64,000 nt of DNA from Candidatus Doudnabacteria bacterium (GCA_041644975.1 JBAZQX010000002.1:20603-84602), one strand, 5' to 3'. Shown: positions 1 to 10,440, counted from the first letter of the stretch. Translations and numbers: made by a program. The notes: generated by a model not told the origin, from the letters alone.

Positions 1-536
1 ATACCGCGGGCGCGGATAAACTCCTTGGTAATGGTGATATGCTTTATATTTCTTCCACGGAGAGTAAACCTAAACGGATTCAAGGCGCTTTAGTATCGGA
101 TTCAGAGATTGAGGGAGTGGTGAAATTTTTAAGCAAGCAAGAGGAGCCCGAGTTCAATCCTGAAATAACGGAAAAACAGGGCCGTTTGAGTTTTGGGGGT
201 ATTCCCCTGCCCGAGGGGGAGGGAGAAATTGATGATGAGTTGTTTGGAGAGGCAAAAAATTTAGTGATTCAATCCGGCAAGGCTTCAGCTTCTCTTTTAC
301 AACGTCGCTTAAAGGTGGGTTATGCCCGCGCCGCCAGACTTTTAGATTATTTAGAGGAGCAGGGGATTGTGGGACCGTCAGATGGCGCTAAGCCGAGGGA
401 GATTTTGGTAAAAGGGAATGTGCAGATTATTGATGCCAACGGCGAATCACAAAATACAGCAAAACAGGTCTTGCGAGAGGATTTGGAACGGATTAAGACT
501 TTTGAAGATGAAGAAGGGAATAATGGGAATTATTAA
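1..536 (+). CDS. ftsK: DNA translocase FtsK/SpoIIIE, C-terminal part (5-prime partial at window edge)
   Basis: The frame is open from nt 3. The translation contains LLGNGDMLY (motor domain end) and the gamma winged-helix motif LLQRRLKVGYARAARLLDYLEEQGIVGP. Confidence 0.85.
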   Translation, partial: TAGADKLLGNGDMLYISSTESKPKRIQGALVSDSEIEGVVKFLSKQEEPEFNPEITEKQGRLSFGGIPLPEGEGEIDDELFGEAKNLVIQSGKASASLLQRRLKVGYARAARLLDYLEEQGIVGPSDGAKPREILVKGNVQIIDANGESQNTAKQVLREDLERIKTFEDEEGNNGNY

Positions 537-575
537 TACGCGAATCAGGAATTTTGAATTAGGAATCAGGAAGTT

Positions 576-612
576 AAAAAAATCGGGCAAAAGCCCGATT
601 TTGTGGTTTGGT
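576..612 (+). terminator. rho-independent terminator after ftsK
   Basis: Stem atcgggc / gcccgat (582-599) with loop aaaa, followed by the T-rich run tttgtggtttgg. Confidence 0.5.
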
Positions 613-733
613 TAATATAAAGCATTTGAAACAGTAAAGAGTGATTTTTGCAGTAACTCTAGCGGAGAATCAGGATTTTTTTGGGTGTTGAAACGGTAGG
701 TTATTTCAGTAATATATTCAGGCATCTTAACAA

Positions 734-759
734 TAAAAAAAGACCCCAGTTTGGGGTCT
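734..759 (-). terminator. rho-independent terminator for minus-strand gene 778..1092
   Basis: Hairpin agacccca-gtt-tggggtct. On the minus strand it is followed by a U-run (plus-strand A-run 734-741). Confidence 0.5.
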
Positions 760-777
760 CGAGGAACATCATTTTGA

Positions 778-1092
778 TTATTTTTCTTCGCTCTTAGAGA
801 GTTCGCGCACCTCTTTGATCCAACGAGGTAGATTTTCGTCCATATACCGCCGAAGTTCTTCTGTAGTCATTATGAACGGTATCTTTCCTTCTGGGGGTGT
901 ACCCTCTAGTTTGCTAATTTTTTCTGCTAAACTCTCTAACCCTCCTACTATTTTAGAGAGTAACTCTGGCACTTTCGTGGCGATTATTTCCAGATAGCCC
1001 TCTTGAGTTCCTGTTTCAGTTAGTTCCTGTGTAAAGTCACTGGCTATTTTTTGTAGTTCCTGTGCTTCTTTCTTCAAAACTTCAATGTCCAT
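778..1092 (-). CDS. hypothetical small acidic coiled-coil protein
   Basis: 104-aa ORF with a terminator downstream. No recognisable family. Confidence 0.45.
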   Translation of the reverse strand: MDIEVLKKEAQELQKIASDFTQELTETGTQEGYLEIIATKVPELLSKIVGGLESLAEKISKLEGTPPEGKIPFIMTTEELRRYMDENLPRWIKEVRELSKSEEK

Positions 1093-1104
1093 TATTTAAC
1101 CTCC

Positions 1105-2733
1105 TTATTTGATTCTTTTCGCGCTCGCGCGAATAAATTCCAGAAACAACGGATGTGGACGCAGGGGTCGGGAAGTAAATTCGGGGTGAAATTGGGTACC
1201 CAAGAAGAAAGGATGCGAGGCGAGTTCAATAATTTCTACGAGATTTCTTGCCGGGTTAATTCCGCTTACCACTAATCCCTTCTTCTCTAATATTTTACGG
1301 TACTGATTATTGAATTCATAGCGGTGGCGGTGGCGTTCCGTGATTTGGGTTTTATCGTAAGCGTGTCGCGCGATTGTGTTTGGCAGAATCTCGCACGCAT
1401 AATTGCCCAGACGTTGCGTGTCCCCGTATTTTTTGTTTTTTAAAAATTCTTTTTGTTCGCTCATTAAGCTAATTACAGGATAAGGGGTTTTAGGATTAAT
1501 TTCAGTGGTGTGGGCATTTTTCATCCCCGCCACATTGCAGGCAAATTCTACAGTGGCTAGTTGCATGCCGTAGCACAAGCCCAAGAAAGGAATCTTATTT
1601 TCCCGCAGATATTGAATAGCCAAAATTTTTCCATCCACTCCTCGCGAACCATACCCGCCGGGCACGATGACGCCATCGTAATTTTTTAGCTCGGATAAAT
1701 CTTTGGGGTTTTTCTCATATTTTTCACTGGCAAGCCATTGAATAATTGGTTTTAAATGATTAGCCCAAGCGGCGTGTTTTATTGCTTCTATTACCGAGAT
1801 GTAAGAATCTTCCAGCGTAAAATCGCCGGTTTGAAAATATTTTCCCACAATACCAATTTTTACCTCCCTTTTGACATTTTTAATTGTCTGCACTAATTTT
1901 CTCCAAGCTGTAAGGTCGTTCTTTCTTGGTTTAAGATGAAAGTGGGCGAGGATTTTTTCGCCTAATTTTTGTTCATCCAGAATGAGGGGCACCTCATAGA
2001 TTGATTCTACATCCGGGTTAGAAATTACGTGTTCCTTAAGCACGCTGCAAAAGACGGAAATTTTGTCTTTCCTTTTCTCGTCTAAAGGTCGGGCAGCGCG
2101 GCCAATTACAAAATCGGGCTGGATACCCGCGGCATTTAAAGTGCGGACAGAATATTGGACAGGCTTGGTTTTCATCTCTCCTACAGTAGAGGGAATAGGG
2201 AGGTAAGAAACATGGACATGAGAGACATGTTTGGGGTCTTCCCATTTCATCATCCGATTTGCCTCTAAGAAAAGCACCCCTTGATATTCGCCGACCGTGC
2301 CTCCAAGTTCAATAATCACAAATTCAGCTTTAGCTTTTTTTCCCGCTTCCTTGACGCGGCAAATAATTTCTTCGGGAACGTGAGGTACCACTTCCACATC
2401 CTCCCCATCATATTCCAGATTCCTTTCGCGGTGAATTACCGCCTCATAAATTTGACCAGTGGTTAAGAAATTGGAAGTGTTAAGGTCTGTTTCTGTAAAT
2501 CTTTCATAAGAGCCAATGTCCTGATCAGTTTCAATGCCGTCCTCGGTGACAAAGACTTCACCATGTTCAGTCGGTCGAATCGTGCCCGCGTCAATATTAA
2601 CATACATTTCGCATTTGACATTGGTGACACGATAGCCCTTTGCTTGTAAAAGTTTAGCAATGGAAGCCGCCGTAATCCCTTTGCCTAGGCTAGAGATTAC
2701 GCCGCCGGAGATGAAAATGTATTTAGTGGTCAT
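1105..2733 (-). CDS. pyrG: CTP synthase
   Basis: Start MTTKYIFISGGVISSLGKG (ATG at 2733). The class-I glutamine amidotransferase motif GLCYGMQL is present and the protein aligns full-length to the PyrG family. Confidence 0.95.
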   Translation of the reverse strand: MTTKYIFISGGVISSLGKGITAASIAKLLQAKGYRVTNVKCEMYVNIDAGTIRPTEHGEVFVTEDGIETDQDIGSYERFTETDLNTSNFLTTGQIYEAVIHRERNLEYDGEDVEVVPHVPEEIICRVKEAGKKAKAEFVIIELGGTVGEYQGVLFLEANRMMKWEDPKHVSHVHVSYLPIPSTVGEMKTKPVQYSVRTLNAAGIQPDFVIGRAARPLDEKRKDKISVFCSVLKEHVISNPDVESIYEVPLILDEQKLGEKILAHFHLKPRKNDLTAWRKLVQTIKNVKREVKIGIVGKYFQTGDFTLEDSYISVIEAIKHAAWANHLKPIIQWLASEKYEKNPKDLSELKNYDGVIVPGGYGSRGVDGKILAIQYLRENKIPFLGLCYGMQLATVEFACNVAGMKNAHTTEINPKTPYPVISLMSEQKEFLKNKKYGDTQRLGNYACEILPNTIARHAYDKTQITERHRHRYEFNNQYRKILEKKGLVVSGINPARNLVEIIELASHPFFLGTQFHPEFTSRPLRPHPLFLEFIRASAKRIK

Positions 2734-3089
2734 AGTATAAGATTGTAATGCGTAACATGTAATAATTGCTAAATCGTTAGCAACCAATTTTTATCCGTTA
2801 CTCATTACTGTTTATATTTTAATTTTACAAAATATAAAAACCCTTAATTATAGTTGAAATTATTTACAGGGTTTTTTTTAATTCTTATATTTGATTCTAA
2901 CTTTATTTTATTTGTGTTAAGATAAAAAGTCAAGGGTTCATCAATAGCGCGATCGGGCGGACACATTGGTCCGCCCCTACGGGGGTCACCTCGGCTGTAG
3001 GGGTTGACCCATGTGTCAACCCGAATGACTTTTGCCAATGATTCTTTAAAAAGTTAAAATGGTAATAGGGATTTAGAATATTTAAAACA

Positions 3090-4094
3090 ATGACCAGTTT
3101 TAGTTCTAAAAAAATTCAGGGGGAAACCTTTGGCGAGATTTTAAAGAAGAAAAGAAAGAGCATGGGTTATACCCTCAAGCAGGTTTCGCATCGCCTCAAG
3201 ATTAACTTCGGTTATCTTAAAGCTTTAGAGGCGGAAAGTTTGCAGGGATTGCCTCCTCCTGTTTATGTGCGGGGTTTTTTAAAACATTATGCTCGTTTTT
3301 TAGGGCTTCCAGAGGAGACAATTTTACGATATTATAGGACAGAGCGGAATATTTTAGATAATCTTCATCCGGAGGCAAATCTGGTTTATCAAAGTAAAAT
3401 CAAGAGAGTTTCTCTTTTGAATATCAGCCCAAAGGCAGTCAAGCTCGGTTTTATCGCCTTAGGGATAGTGATGTTTTTTATCTATTTGGGATGGGAGCTC
3501 TCGGGGTTCTCTGCCCCGCCGTCACTGAAGATTATTTCTCCGCAGGAGAACGAAAAGGTGACTACCGACTCTGTGGTGGTTGCAGGGGAGAGCGAGAAAG
3601 AGGCAGAGGTTTTTATCAACGGTCAGCCGGTTTTTGTGGATCAGGAGGGCAATTTTCGGGAGCAGATTATTCTCAACGCAGGCGTGAACCCCATTGAGAT
3701 TTTAGCGCGGAATAAAATAGGGCGGGAACGTAGAGTAGCAAGGAATGTTTTAGTTTATTTGCCGGCGAATGTGGGCGCCGTAATGGACGCAGTGAAAGAA
3801 AATAAGGAGGAAAAACTCCAAGAATTATCCTTGCTTGTTAAGATTAAGGAGGGTGCGACTTGGATTTCAGTAGATACGGATGGGACTAATGTTTTTCAGG
3901 GGACAATGTTGCCGGAAACTTCACGGGAGTTTAAGGCGCGCGACAAAATCACGATTACCTCTGGGCGCGCGGGTAATACTTATATTGTCTTCAATGGTCA
4001 GGATTTAGGAAGTTTAGGTGAAGATGGGGATGTGGTCCGAAATGTAGAATTCACAAAGGATCTTAAAGTACCAGATAAAACACAATCAAATTAA
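3090..4094 (+). CDS. RodZ-like cytoskeleton protein (XRE-type HTH, one TM helix, C-terminal DUF4115-like domain)
   Basis: N-terminal HTH GYTLKQVSHRLKINFGYLKALE, a single hydrophobic helix IALGIVMFFIYLGW, and a C-terminal beta-rich domain. Confidence 0.65.
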   Translation: MTSFSSKKIQGETFGEILKKKRKSMGYTLKQVSHRLKINFGYLKALEAESLQGLPPPVYVRGFLKHYARFLGLPEETILRYYRTERNILDNLHPEANLVYQSKIKRVSLLNISPKAVKLGFIALGIVMFFIYLGWELSGFSAPPSLKIISPQENEKVTTDSVVVAGESEKEAEVFINGQPVFVDQEGNFREQIILNAGVNPIEILARNKIGRERRVARNVLVYLPANVGAVMDAVKENKEEKLQELSLLVKIKEGATWISVDTDGTNVFQGTMLPETSREFKARDKITITSGRAGNTYIVFNGQDLGSLGEDGDVVRNVEFTKDLKVPDKTQSN

Positions 4095-4098
4095 TTTT

Positions 4099-4731
4099 AT
4101 GCCTCACAAAATTAAAGTGAAAAACCTGGAGAAGATATTCAATTTTTTACATCAGGTGGAACACTTAAAATCTACCTTGAGATATACCTCGCTTGCGAGT
4201 GGACGCAAGGAATCCAGCGCAGAACATTCTTGGCGATTAGCTTTGATGACTTTCCTTGTCGCTGAAGCATTAGAATTGGATTTAGACAGTAATCACGCTG
4301 TCAGGGTCGCCCTTGTTCACGATGTTGCTGAATCCGTCACGGGAGATATTGATGCTGTTAAAATTGGTAGAAAGGAATTTTCCGAAGAAGAGAAACATCG
4401 TCTTGAAATGCAAGCGATTAAAAAGATCAAAAACAAATTACCCCTAGAACTTGGCCGCGAAATTCATAATTTATGGTTTGAGTATGAGAAAAGTTTAACC
4501 CCGGAAGCAAAATTCGTAAAGGCGCTGGATAAGTTAGAGACCTTAACCCAACTTGCAGAGGCAGGTTATAAAACTTACGACGCGCCAGAGTTTATCGCGA
4601 ATTATGCTGATTTGAGTGTGCAGAATTTTTCTGCTTTAAAGGGAATGTTGAAGATTGTGAAACGCAAACTCAAAGCAGAATTTAGGAAAGGGAATATTCC
4701 TTGGAAAAAGGAGTATAATGCTTACCCTTAA
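4099..4731 (+). CDS. HD-domain phosphohydrolase (YfbR-like 5-prime-deoxynucleotidase family)
   Basis: The metal-binding motifs HSWRLALM ... LVHDVAES ... D are present. Confidence 0.7.
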   Translation: MPHKIKVKNLEKIFNFLHQVEHLKSTLRYTSLASGRKESSAEHSWRLALMTFLVAEALELDLDSNHAVRVALVHDVAESVTGDIDAVKIGRKEFSEEEKHRLEMQAIKKIKNKLPLELGREIHNLWFEYEKSLTPEAKFVKALDKLETLTQLAEAGYKTYDAPEFIANYADLSVQNFSALKGMLKIVKRKLKAEFRKGNIPWKKEYNAYP

Positions 4732-4741
4732 TTTCAAGTAG

Positions 4742-4770
4742 TTGCTTTCTGATGTTTTGTGGGTTATAAT
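4742..4770 (+). promoter_or_regulatory. sigma-70-like promoter upstream of recA
   Basis: -35 box ttgctt (4742-4747), 17-nt spacer, -10 box tataat (4765-4770). The SD aggagggg lies at 4803-4810. Confidence 0.4.
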
Positions 4771-4822
4771 AAATTAATCTCTTTTTTATTCTCTTTTCTT
4801 TTAGGAGGGGAGAAGTAATAAA

Positions 4823-5845
4823 ATGGCAAAAAATCAAACTGTGGAGGATGGCAAAACTCGCGCCGTGGAAGCGGCAGTAACCCAAATCAAAGAAAGATTT
4901 GGCGAAGGCTCGATTATGAAATTCGGGGAAGCAAAAATTATGCAGATTGAGGCGATTCCGACCGGCTCGGTTTCTTTGGATATCGCCTTGGGCATTGGCG
5001 GCGTGCCGCGAGGACGGGTGATTGAAATTTTTGGCCCCGAATCTTCAGGTAAAACCACGCTCGCCCAGCATATCGTCGCCAATGTGCAAAAAAGAGGCGG
5101 GGTGGCGGCTTTTGTGGACGCTGAACATGCTCTTGATCCTGATTATGCCAAAATGATTGGCGTGAATATTAATGATCTTTTTATTTCCCAACCAGATACG
5201 GGTGAACAGGCTTTAGAGATTGTAGAAACTTTAGTCCGTTCTAACGCTATTGATGTGGTGGTAGTGGACTCGGTAGCAGCCCTTACTCCTCGGGCCGAAA
5301 TTGAAGGCGAGATGGGGGATAGCCATATGGGTTTGCAAGCGCGTTTAATGAGTCAGGCATTAAGGAAACTCACTGCGGCCATCTCTAAATCCAAAACCAC
5401 GGTGATATTTTTAAATCAAACACGGATGAGGATCGGCGTTTTTTTTGGTAATCCCGAGGATACAACGGGCGGCAAGGCTCTCAAATTTTATTCTTCCATT
5501 CGCATTGAACTTCGGCGCGCGGCGCAGATTAGACAAGGTGATAAGATTATCGGTAACCGCGTTAAAGCGAAAGTGGTGAAGAATAAAGTAGCGCCGCCAT
5601 TCCAGACCTGTGAATTTGACATTATGTATAATGAAGGGATTTCTTATGTAGGGGATTTGATTGATATGGGTGTACTTTATAAAGTTTTAACTAAAAGTGG
5701 TTCCTGGTATCAATTAAATGAGGAGAAGCTGGGACAAGGCAGAGAGACGAGCAAGCAATATTTGAGAGTTAACCCCAAGGTCGCGGAGGTGATTCAGAAG
5801 AAGATTTGGGAGAGGGTGAACGAGCAAAGAAAGGCAGAGGTTTAG
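4823..5845 (+). CDS. recA: recombinase RecA
   Basis: Walker A motif GPESSGKTT and full-length RecA similarity (for example [17 protein letters not shown]). Confidence 0.97.
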   Translation: MAKNQTVEDGKTRAVEAAVTQIKERFGEGSIMKFGEAKIMQIEAIPTGSVSLDIALGIGGVPRGRVIEIFGPESSGKTTLAQHIVANVQKRGGVAAFVDAEHALDPDYAKMIGVNINDLFISQPDTGEQALEIVETLVRSNAIDVVVVDSVAALTPRAEIEGEMGDSHMGLQARLMSQALRKLTAAISKSKTTVIFLNQTRMRIGVFFGNPEDTTGGKALKFYSSIRIELRRAAQIRQGDKIIGNRVKAKVVKNKVAPPFQTCEFDIMYNEGISYVGDLIDMGVLYKVLTKSGSWYQLNEEKLGQGRETSKQYLRVNPKVAEVIQKKIWERVNEQRKAEV

Positions 5846-5871
5846 GTTGTGGATAACTTTGGGAATTTATA

Positions 5872-6125
5872 ATTCCTAATTGTTCTAATTTCCCCGCCCG
5901 CCTTGCCTGAAGCGCAAGCGCTTGAGCGGGCAGGTAATCAATGGCCAAACCCCAATGACCAATATCTAAGTTTTTGGAGGTCAAGCGTCTAAAGATCCCT
6001 TCGGGTCTGAACGACCTTCGGACTGAAGTCCTCGGGACTGTCTAAAGATCTGGCGTAGCCATGAAAGTCTGGCATAGCCATGAAAAGCTTGACACGAGTA
6101 ATTGTCCGCCTAAGGCGGACTTCCA
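5872..6125. repeat. composite repeat-rich convergent intergenic region (cccgcccgcc hairpin, family C, D and B repeat units)
   Basis: The region contains four exact repeat matches to other loci. 6040-6063 (24 nt) equals the reverse complement of 15628-15650. 6015-6030 (16 nt) equals the reverse complement of 30137-30152. The palindrome gtccgcctaaggcggac at 6104-6120 is related to palindromes at 10821-10837 and 38807-38820. The cccgcccgcc...gagcgggcagg hairpin is related to 45898-45980 and 61076-61122. Confidence 0.55.
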
Positions 6126-6231
6126 AAGCGCGAAACGGTTGATTAGACTAATTAGAAATTTTAGAATTCAATCCAATTAAAAAAATAACCTTTAAGCAAT
6201 GTTAGGTTACTTAGTTTTGTTATGAAAAAGT

Positions 6232-6789
6232 CTACGCTCGCTCTACATACTCCCCTGTTTCCGTATTTACCCTTACTTTATCTCCTTTCTTAATGAACAG
6301 GGGAACGGTTAGTTTGGCGCCTGTTTCTAAGGTGACCTGTTTGGTCCCTCCTTGAGCTGTGTCGCCGCGCACATCCGGAGGCGCGTCAGCGACTTCAAGC
6401 GCTACTTTCAGAGGGAGGTCAATTGTTATTGGTTGACCTTTAAAGATTAAGACGTCAGCACTTGTTCCTTCTTTAAAAAATTGCGCCTTCAGACCGATTT
6501 CTTTTTGTGAGAGACCAAACTGTTCATAAGTCGTTTCATCCATAAAATAGAAAATTTTACTGTCTTTGTATAGAAATTGAACTTTATTTTTAGTGATATC
6601 CGGCTCTTGGAATTTATCGTTGCCCTTAAAGTTTTTACTAAGGACGTTTCCCTTGATGAGATTCTTCAACCTTGTTTGTTGCACTGCGCCGCCGCGGCCC
6701 AATTTAACATGTTGTGAAGCAATCACTGTGTAAGGCTCACCATTGTATTCAATATTAGTGCCGATTTTTAAATCATTAATATCCAGCAT
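6232..6789 (-). CDS. efp: elongation factor P
   Basis: Full-length EF-P similarity, including the KPGKG-like loop region LGRGGAVQQTRLKNL. Confidence 0.95.
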   Translation of the reverse strand: MLDINDLKIGTNIEYNGEPYTVIASQHVKLGRGGAVQQTRLKNLIKGNVLSKNFKGNDKFQEPDITKNKVQFLYKDSKIFYFMDETTYEQFGLSQKEIGLKAQFFKEGTSADVLIFKGQPITIDLPLKVALEVADAPPDVRGDTAQGGTKQVTLETGAKLTVPLFIKKGDKVRVNTETGEYVERA

Positions 6790-6827
6790 AAATTTATTCC
6801 CATGTTAATAGAACCTCATTAGATAGT

Positions 6828-6990
6828 AAACCCCGTTAGAGAATCTCATTCTCTAACCCCGTTTAGAAATTTATTTCTAACTGGGCTAACGGTTCTCTCA
6901 ACTTAAGGTGGCATTAAACCATTATCAGCTTTACCCACAACCCCATTACAAATCAATTTGTAATGGGATGAATTTTCTCTAACGGGGTAA
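6828..6990. repeat. MITE-like palindromic element, family A (arms ccccgttagagaa / ttctctaacgggg), copy 1
   Basis: The terminal inverted arms aaaccccgttagagaa ... ttctctaacggggt recur at 27437-27552 and 32533-32652. Confidence 0.55.
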
Positions 6991-7118
6991 ACCCGAGTGG
7001 GTTATGGGCAGGGTTGAATTGGTCATTCCTTGGAAGTAAGTAATATCACATCATCCCACTTCTGACGCGGACTGCGTCACGCCGAAGGCTCTAACTTCGT
7101 CCTGCCGAAGGCGGAGTC

Positions 7119-7328
7119 TTATTGAATTGTGTAAGGTAGAAGGGCCATCAAGCGAGCATTTTTAATTGCGCGCGCTAATTTGCGTTGATGAAATGAACAA
7201 GTGCCTGTTCTTTTTTTGGGTCTGATTTTACCATAATTAGACAAGCACCGTTTGATTAACTCTATATTCTTGTAATTAATAATTTTTTTGGGGTCAACAC
7301 AAAAACGACAATATTTTTTAGGTTGCAT
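7119..7328 (-). CDS. rpsR: 30S ribosomal protein S18
   Basis: CRFC ... RPKKRTGTCSFHQRKLARAIKNAR is typical of S18. Confidence 0.9.
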   Translation of the reverse strand: MQPKKYCRFCVDPKKIINYKNIELIKRCLSNYGKIRPKKRTGTCSFHQRKLARAIKNARLMALLPYTIQ

Positions 7329-7418
7329 AAATGATTTAGTAACTAGTAATCAATAATCCGTAATTGGTAAAATATTAAAATAGTCACTAATTACTAGTAC
7401 AATTTATTAGTTACTTTT

Positions 7419-7973
7419 TTAAAATGGTATATCTTCAATGCTAATACCTTCGTCTTCTTCCTTTTTTTCTGGAGCGCGCGGTTTCGCCTCCGGTTCTGGT
7501 GTTATTTGTTCATTCTCCGCTTCTTTGGTCAAATCATCTTCCACATTAATGGTGGGGATTTCGGAATCGGAGGCGGGGGGAGTTACCGTGGCGGCAGGAG
7601 CGGGTGTAACTTGCGGAGTAGGATAGGGAGACCTTCCTTGGGTGCGCGGCGGGGATAACATAATCATATCTCGGGCTATAATCTCGGTGCGATAGCGCTT
7701 GATGCCGTCTTGACCTTCCCAGTCATGGGTCTGGAGCGAGCCTTCAATATAAATCCGGTCCCCCTTCTTTAAATACTGGCCGCAAATATCGGCTAATTTG
7801 CGCCAAGCGACAATATTATGATATTCAACAGTCTCTTGTTTTTGACCTTGCGCGTTTGTCCAGACGCGGTTGGTAGCAACACCAAAATTAGCCACCGCGT
7901 CTCCTGAAGGGATGTTGCGGGTTTCCGGATCGCGGGTTAAGCGCCCAATAATCATTACTTTATTGAGATCCAT
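7419..7973 (-). CDS. ssb: single-stranded DNA-binding protein
   Basis: OB-fold SSB N-terminus MIIGRLTRDPETR, a Pro/Thr-rich linker, and the acidic C-terminal tail ending DIPF. Confidence 0.92.
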   Translation of the reverse strand: MDLNKVMIIGRLTRDPETRNIPSGDAVANFGVATNRVWTNAQGQKQETVEYHNIVAWRKLADICGQYLKKGDRIYIEGSLQTHDWEGQDGIKRYRTEIIARDMIMLSPPRTQGRSPYPTPQVTPAPAATVTPPASDSEIPTINVEDDLTKEAENEQITPEPEAKPRAPEKKEEDEGISIEDIPF

Positions 7974-8109
7974 TTTATTTGTACTACCTCCTTGTTGTTT
8001 TGAATTAAAAAATTAGATATTTCAATATTGAAAATACTGATATCAAAGATACTGATTGAAAATAGTGAGGAACAAACTACAAAGGAAGTAAAAGAAGTAC
8101 TGAAGTATT

Positions 8110-8613
8110 TTAAAGCACTTCTTCTTTTAAAATTTCTTCCAATTTTTTATCCAAGTCTTCCATTTCAGCTTTAGGTTTTTTGGAAGTTTTAGAGATTTTT
8201 TTCTTCTCGGAGGGCTTTTCTTCTTGGGGAAGAGAGACTAATTTTTTAGCCTCTAGCTTAGGAAGAGCGGGTTCAACTTGTTCTATAATTTTTCCCCTTT
8301 CTTCCCTTTGAATGACAGCTTCTTTTTCCTCTGTGACTGTTGTGATTAAAAATCTTAAGAGATGAGTCACAGATTTCAGTTTTTTATCTAAAGAATCTAC
8401 TTGATCTTTATTTAATTTAAACCAGGTGATATGATAATAACCTTGTTTAAAGTGTTCAATCTTGTAAGTCAAATCTTTTAGTCCCCAATATTCTTCTTTT
8501 TCAATCTCACCACCCAATTCTTTGATTATATTATTTGCTTGGGTAATTTTTTCTGCCGTTTCCTTTTCAGAAACTTGTGGCGAAAAAAGATACATTATTT
8601 CGTATTTGGGCAT
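8110..8613 (-). CDS. rpsF: 30S ribosomal protein S6 with Lys/Glu-rich C-terminal extension
   Basis: N-terminus MPKYEIMYLF and the S6 fold are present. Gene order rpsF-ssb-rpsR is the conserved operon arrangement. Confidence 0.9.
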   Translation of the reverse strand: MPKYEIMYLFSPQVSEKETAEKITQANNIIKELGGEIEKEEYWGLKDLTYKIEHFKQGYYHITWFKLNKDQVDSLDKKLKSVTHLLRFLITTVTEEKEAVIQREERGKIIEQVEPALPKLEAKKLVSLPQEEKPSEKKKISKTSKKPKAEMEDLDKKLEEILKEEVL

Positions 8614-8855
8614 TATTTTCCCTTTATTTTTAACAATATTTATATGATAAATAATAGCAGAGAAATTTTAAAAAAGCAAGAATAATATCTAAATCTGGAC
8701 TTTGGAATTTGAAATCTAGATTAAAGTTCTTTCTATAAAAAATCTATATTTTGGATTCAAGATTGAAGATTCTGTCTTTTTTCTTGCTAAAATCATTAAA
8801 AGAGAGTATAGTATTTTTATTAAAATTTAACTTTGAGATTTTTAAAGTAAAAAAT

Positions 8856-10289
8856 ATGAAAATCAACCCTTTTGTTTTCAGAAACTATGATATTAGGGGC
8901 ATTGTGGGTAAAGATCTAGATAGTGAGAAAGTATATGCAATCGCCAAGGCGTATGGAACCTTTTTACAGAGAAGAAAAATACATCAGGCAGTAATTGGCA
9001 GAGATTGTCGGGTAAGTGGAGAAGAATTTAAAAAAGTATTTATTAAAGGTCTTAGAGAGACGGGTATTGATCTTATTGATATTGGTATGGTGATGACGCA
9101 AATGATGTATTATGCGCAATACCGTTTCCAGACTAATGGCGGGGTAATGATTACGGCCTCTCATAATCCATCCAATTTTAATGGATTTAAGTTGGGAATT
9201 GGTTTTTCTTTAACAACTGGGCCGGAGGAAGTGCAGGAGATAAAAAAAACTACTCAAACCGAGCGGTATTACGTTTCAAAAAAGAAAGGTTCTATCACAA
9301 AAGCTGACATCAGAGAAGATTATTTTAATGATGTTCTGAAACGCCTTCGTTTAAAGCGAAAGTTTAAGATTGTCGTTGACTTTAGACATGGGACGCCTGC
9401 TATGTATGTCCCCGAACTTTTTAAGAGGGCAGGCTGTAAACTTGTTTTGCGCAGAGAGAATGTGGATGGCAATTTCCCGGCAGGGACCCCGGATCCCACT
9501 GATGAAAAGTTTATCAGGGAACTTGGCAAGGTTGTCGTTGAAGAGAAAGCCGATTTAGGACTTGCATTTGACGGTGATGGCGACAGAATAGGAATGGTGG
9601 ATGAAAAGGGAAATATTTTATGGAATGATGTCGTGGTGGCAATTTTCGCGCAAGAAATATTAGAGAGATTTCCTAATTCAAAAATTATTTATAATACGCT
9701 TTGTTCACAGGTGGTTCAGAAAGTTATAAAGCGGAATGGCGGCATCCCGGTGATGTGGAGAACCGGGCACTCATTTATTAAGAAGAAAATAGCCGAAGAG
9801 CAAGCCGCATTTGGAGGAGAGCTTTCCGGACATTTTTTCTTTAATGATAATGCCTATGGTCACGACGATGGAACATACGCCGCATTGAGGATTTTAGAGT
9901 ATTTATCTGATAAAAAGCTTTCGTTGAGTAAATTGTATAAAAGTTTTCCGCGATATATTTCCTCGCCCGAGATTAAGATTGGATGCGCGGATGAGCAAAA
10001 AGTCGCTGTTGTCGCGGATATTGCTAAAAGGTTTAAAAAGGATTTTCCGAACGCAAAGATTACTGACGCGACAGTTATTCCCGGAGATGATGGAACGCGC
10101 GCTGACTTTAATGATGGTATGATGATTTTTAGATATTCCCAAAATGGCCCATATATTACGATTAAATTTGAAGCGCGGGATCAGAAAATTTATGACAAGC
10201 GGAAAAAATATGTCCGGGAAATGCTGGAAAGATATCCTGAAATAATCTGGAAAGACCAGTTATGCGTTAATCTTGAATCACTTCAGTAG
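8856..10289 (+). CDS. phosphoglucomutase/phosphomannomutase family protein
   Basis: Active-site motif TASHNP(S) in GVMITASHNPSNFNGFK, the Mg-binding DGDGDR motif, and the sugar-binding GEEAGH-like region GGELSGH. Confidence 0.9.
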   Translation: MKINPFVFRNYDIRGIVGKDLDSEKVYAIAKAYGTFLQRRKIHQAVIGRDCRVSGEEFKKVFIKGLRETGIDLIDIGMVMTQMMYYAQYRFQTNGGVMITASHNPSNFNGFKLGIGFSLTTGPEEVQEIKKTTQTERYYVSKKKGSITKADIREDYFNDVLKRLRLKRKFKIVVDFRHGTPAMYVPELFKRAGCKLVLRRENVDGNFPAGTPDPTDEKFIRELGKVVVEEKADLGLAFDGDGDRIGMVDEKGNILWNDVVVAIFAQEILERFPNSKIIYNTLCSQVVQKVIKRNGGIPVMWRTGHSFIKKKIAEEQAAFGGELSGHFFFNDNAYGHDDGTYAALRILEYLSDKKLSLSKLYKSFPRYISSPEIKIGCADEQKVAVVADIAKRFKKDFPNAKITDATVIPGDDGTRADFNDGMMIFRYSQNGPYITIKFEARDQKIYDKRKKYVREMLERYPEIIWKDQLCVNLESLQ

Positions 10290-10440
10290 GTTTAAAAAAT
10301 ACATTAGTAGATTACTTTATTCTTGTAAAGAAGTTGATTGGGGTTTTGGGGTAAATGTGGAGAGTTTAAAATAAACCAACTATTCTTTTAGAGGGTAATT
10401 GGTTAGGCTCGCTAGGGTCACTGAAACTCAAGGAGGGCAG

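Noticed and set aside
2036-2660. Several 60-70-aa ORFs on either strand inside pyrG
   Set aside because: They lie within a well-supported conserved CDS and are antisense or out-of-frame artefacts. The same reasoning applies to 3491..3697, 4834..5082, 14155..15033, 21384..22029, 25407..25688, 25781..26374, 56472..56816 and 57353..57967.
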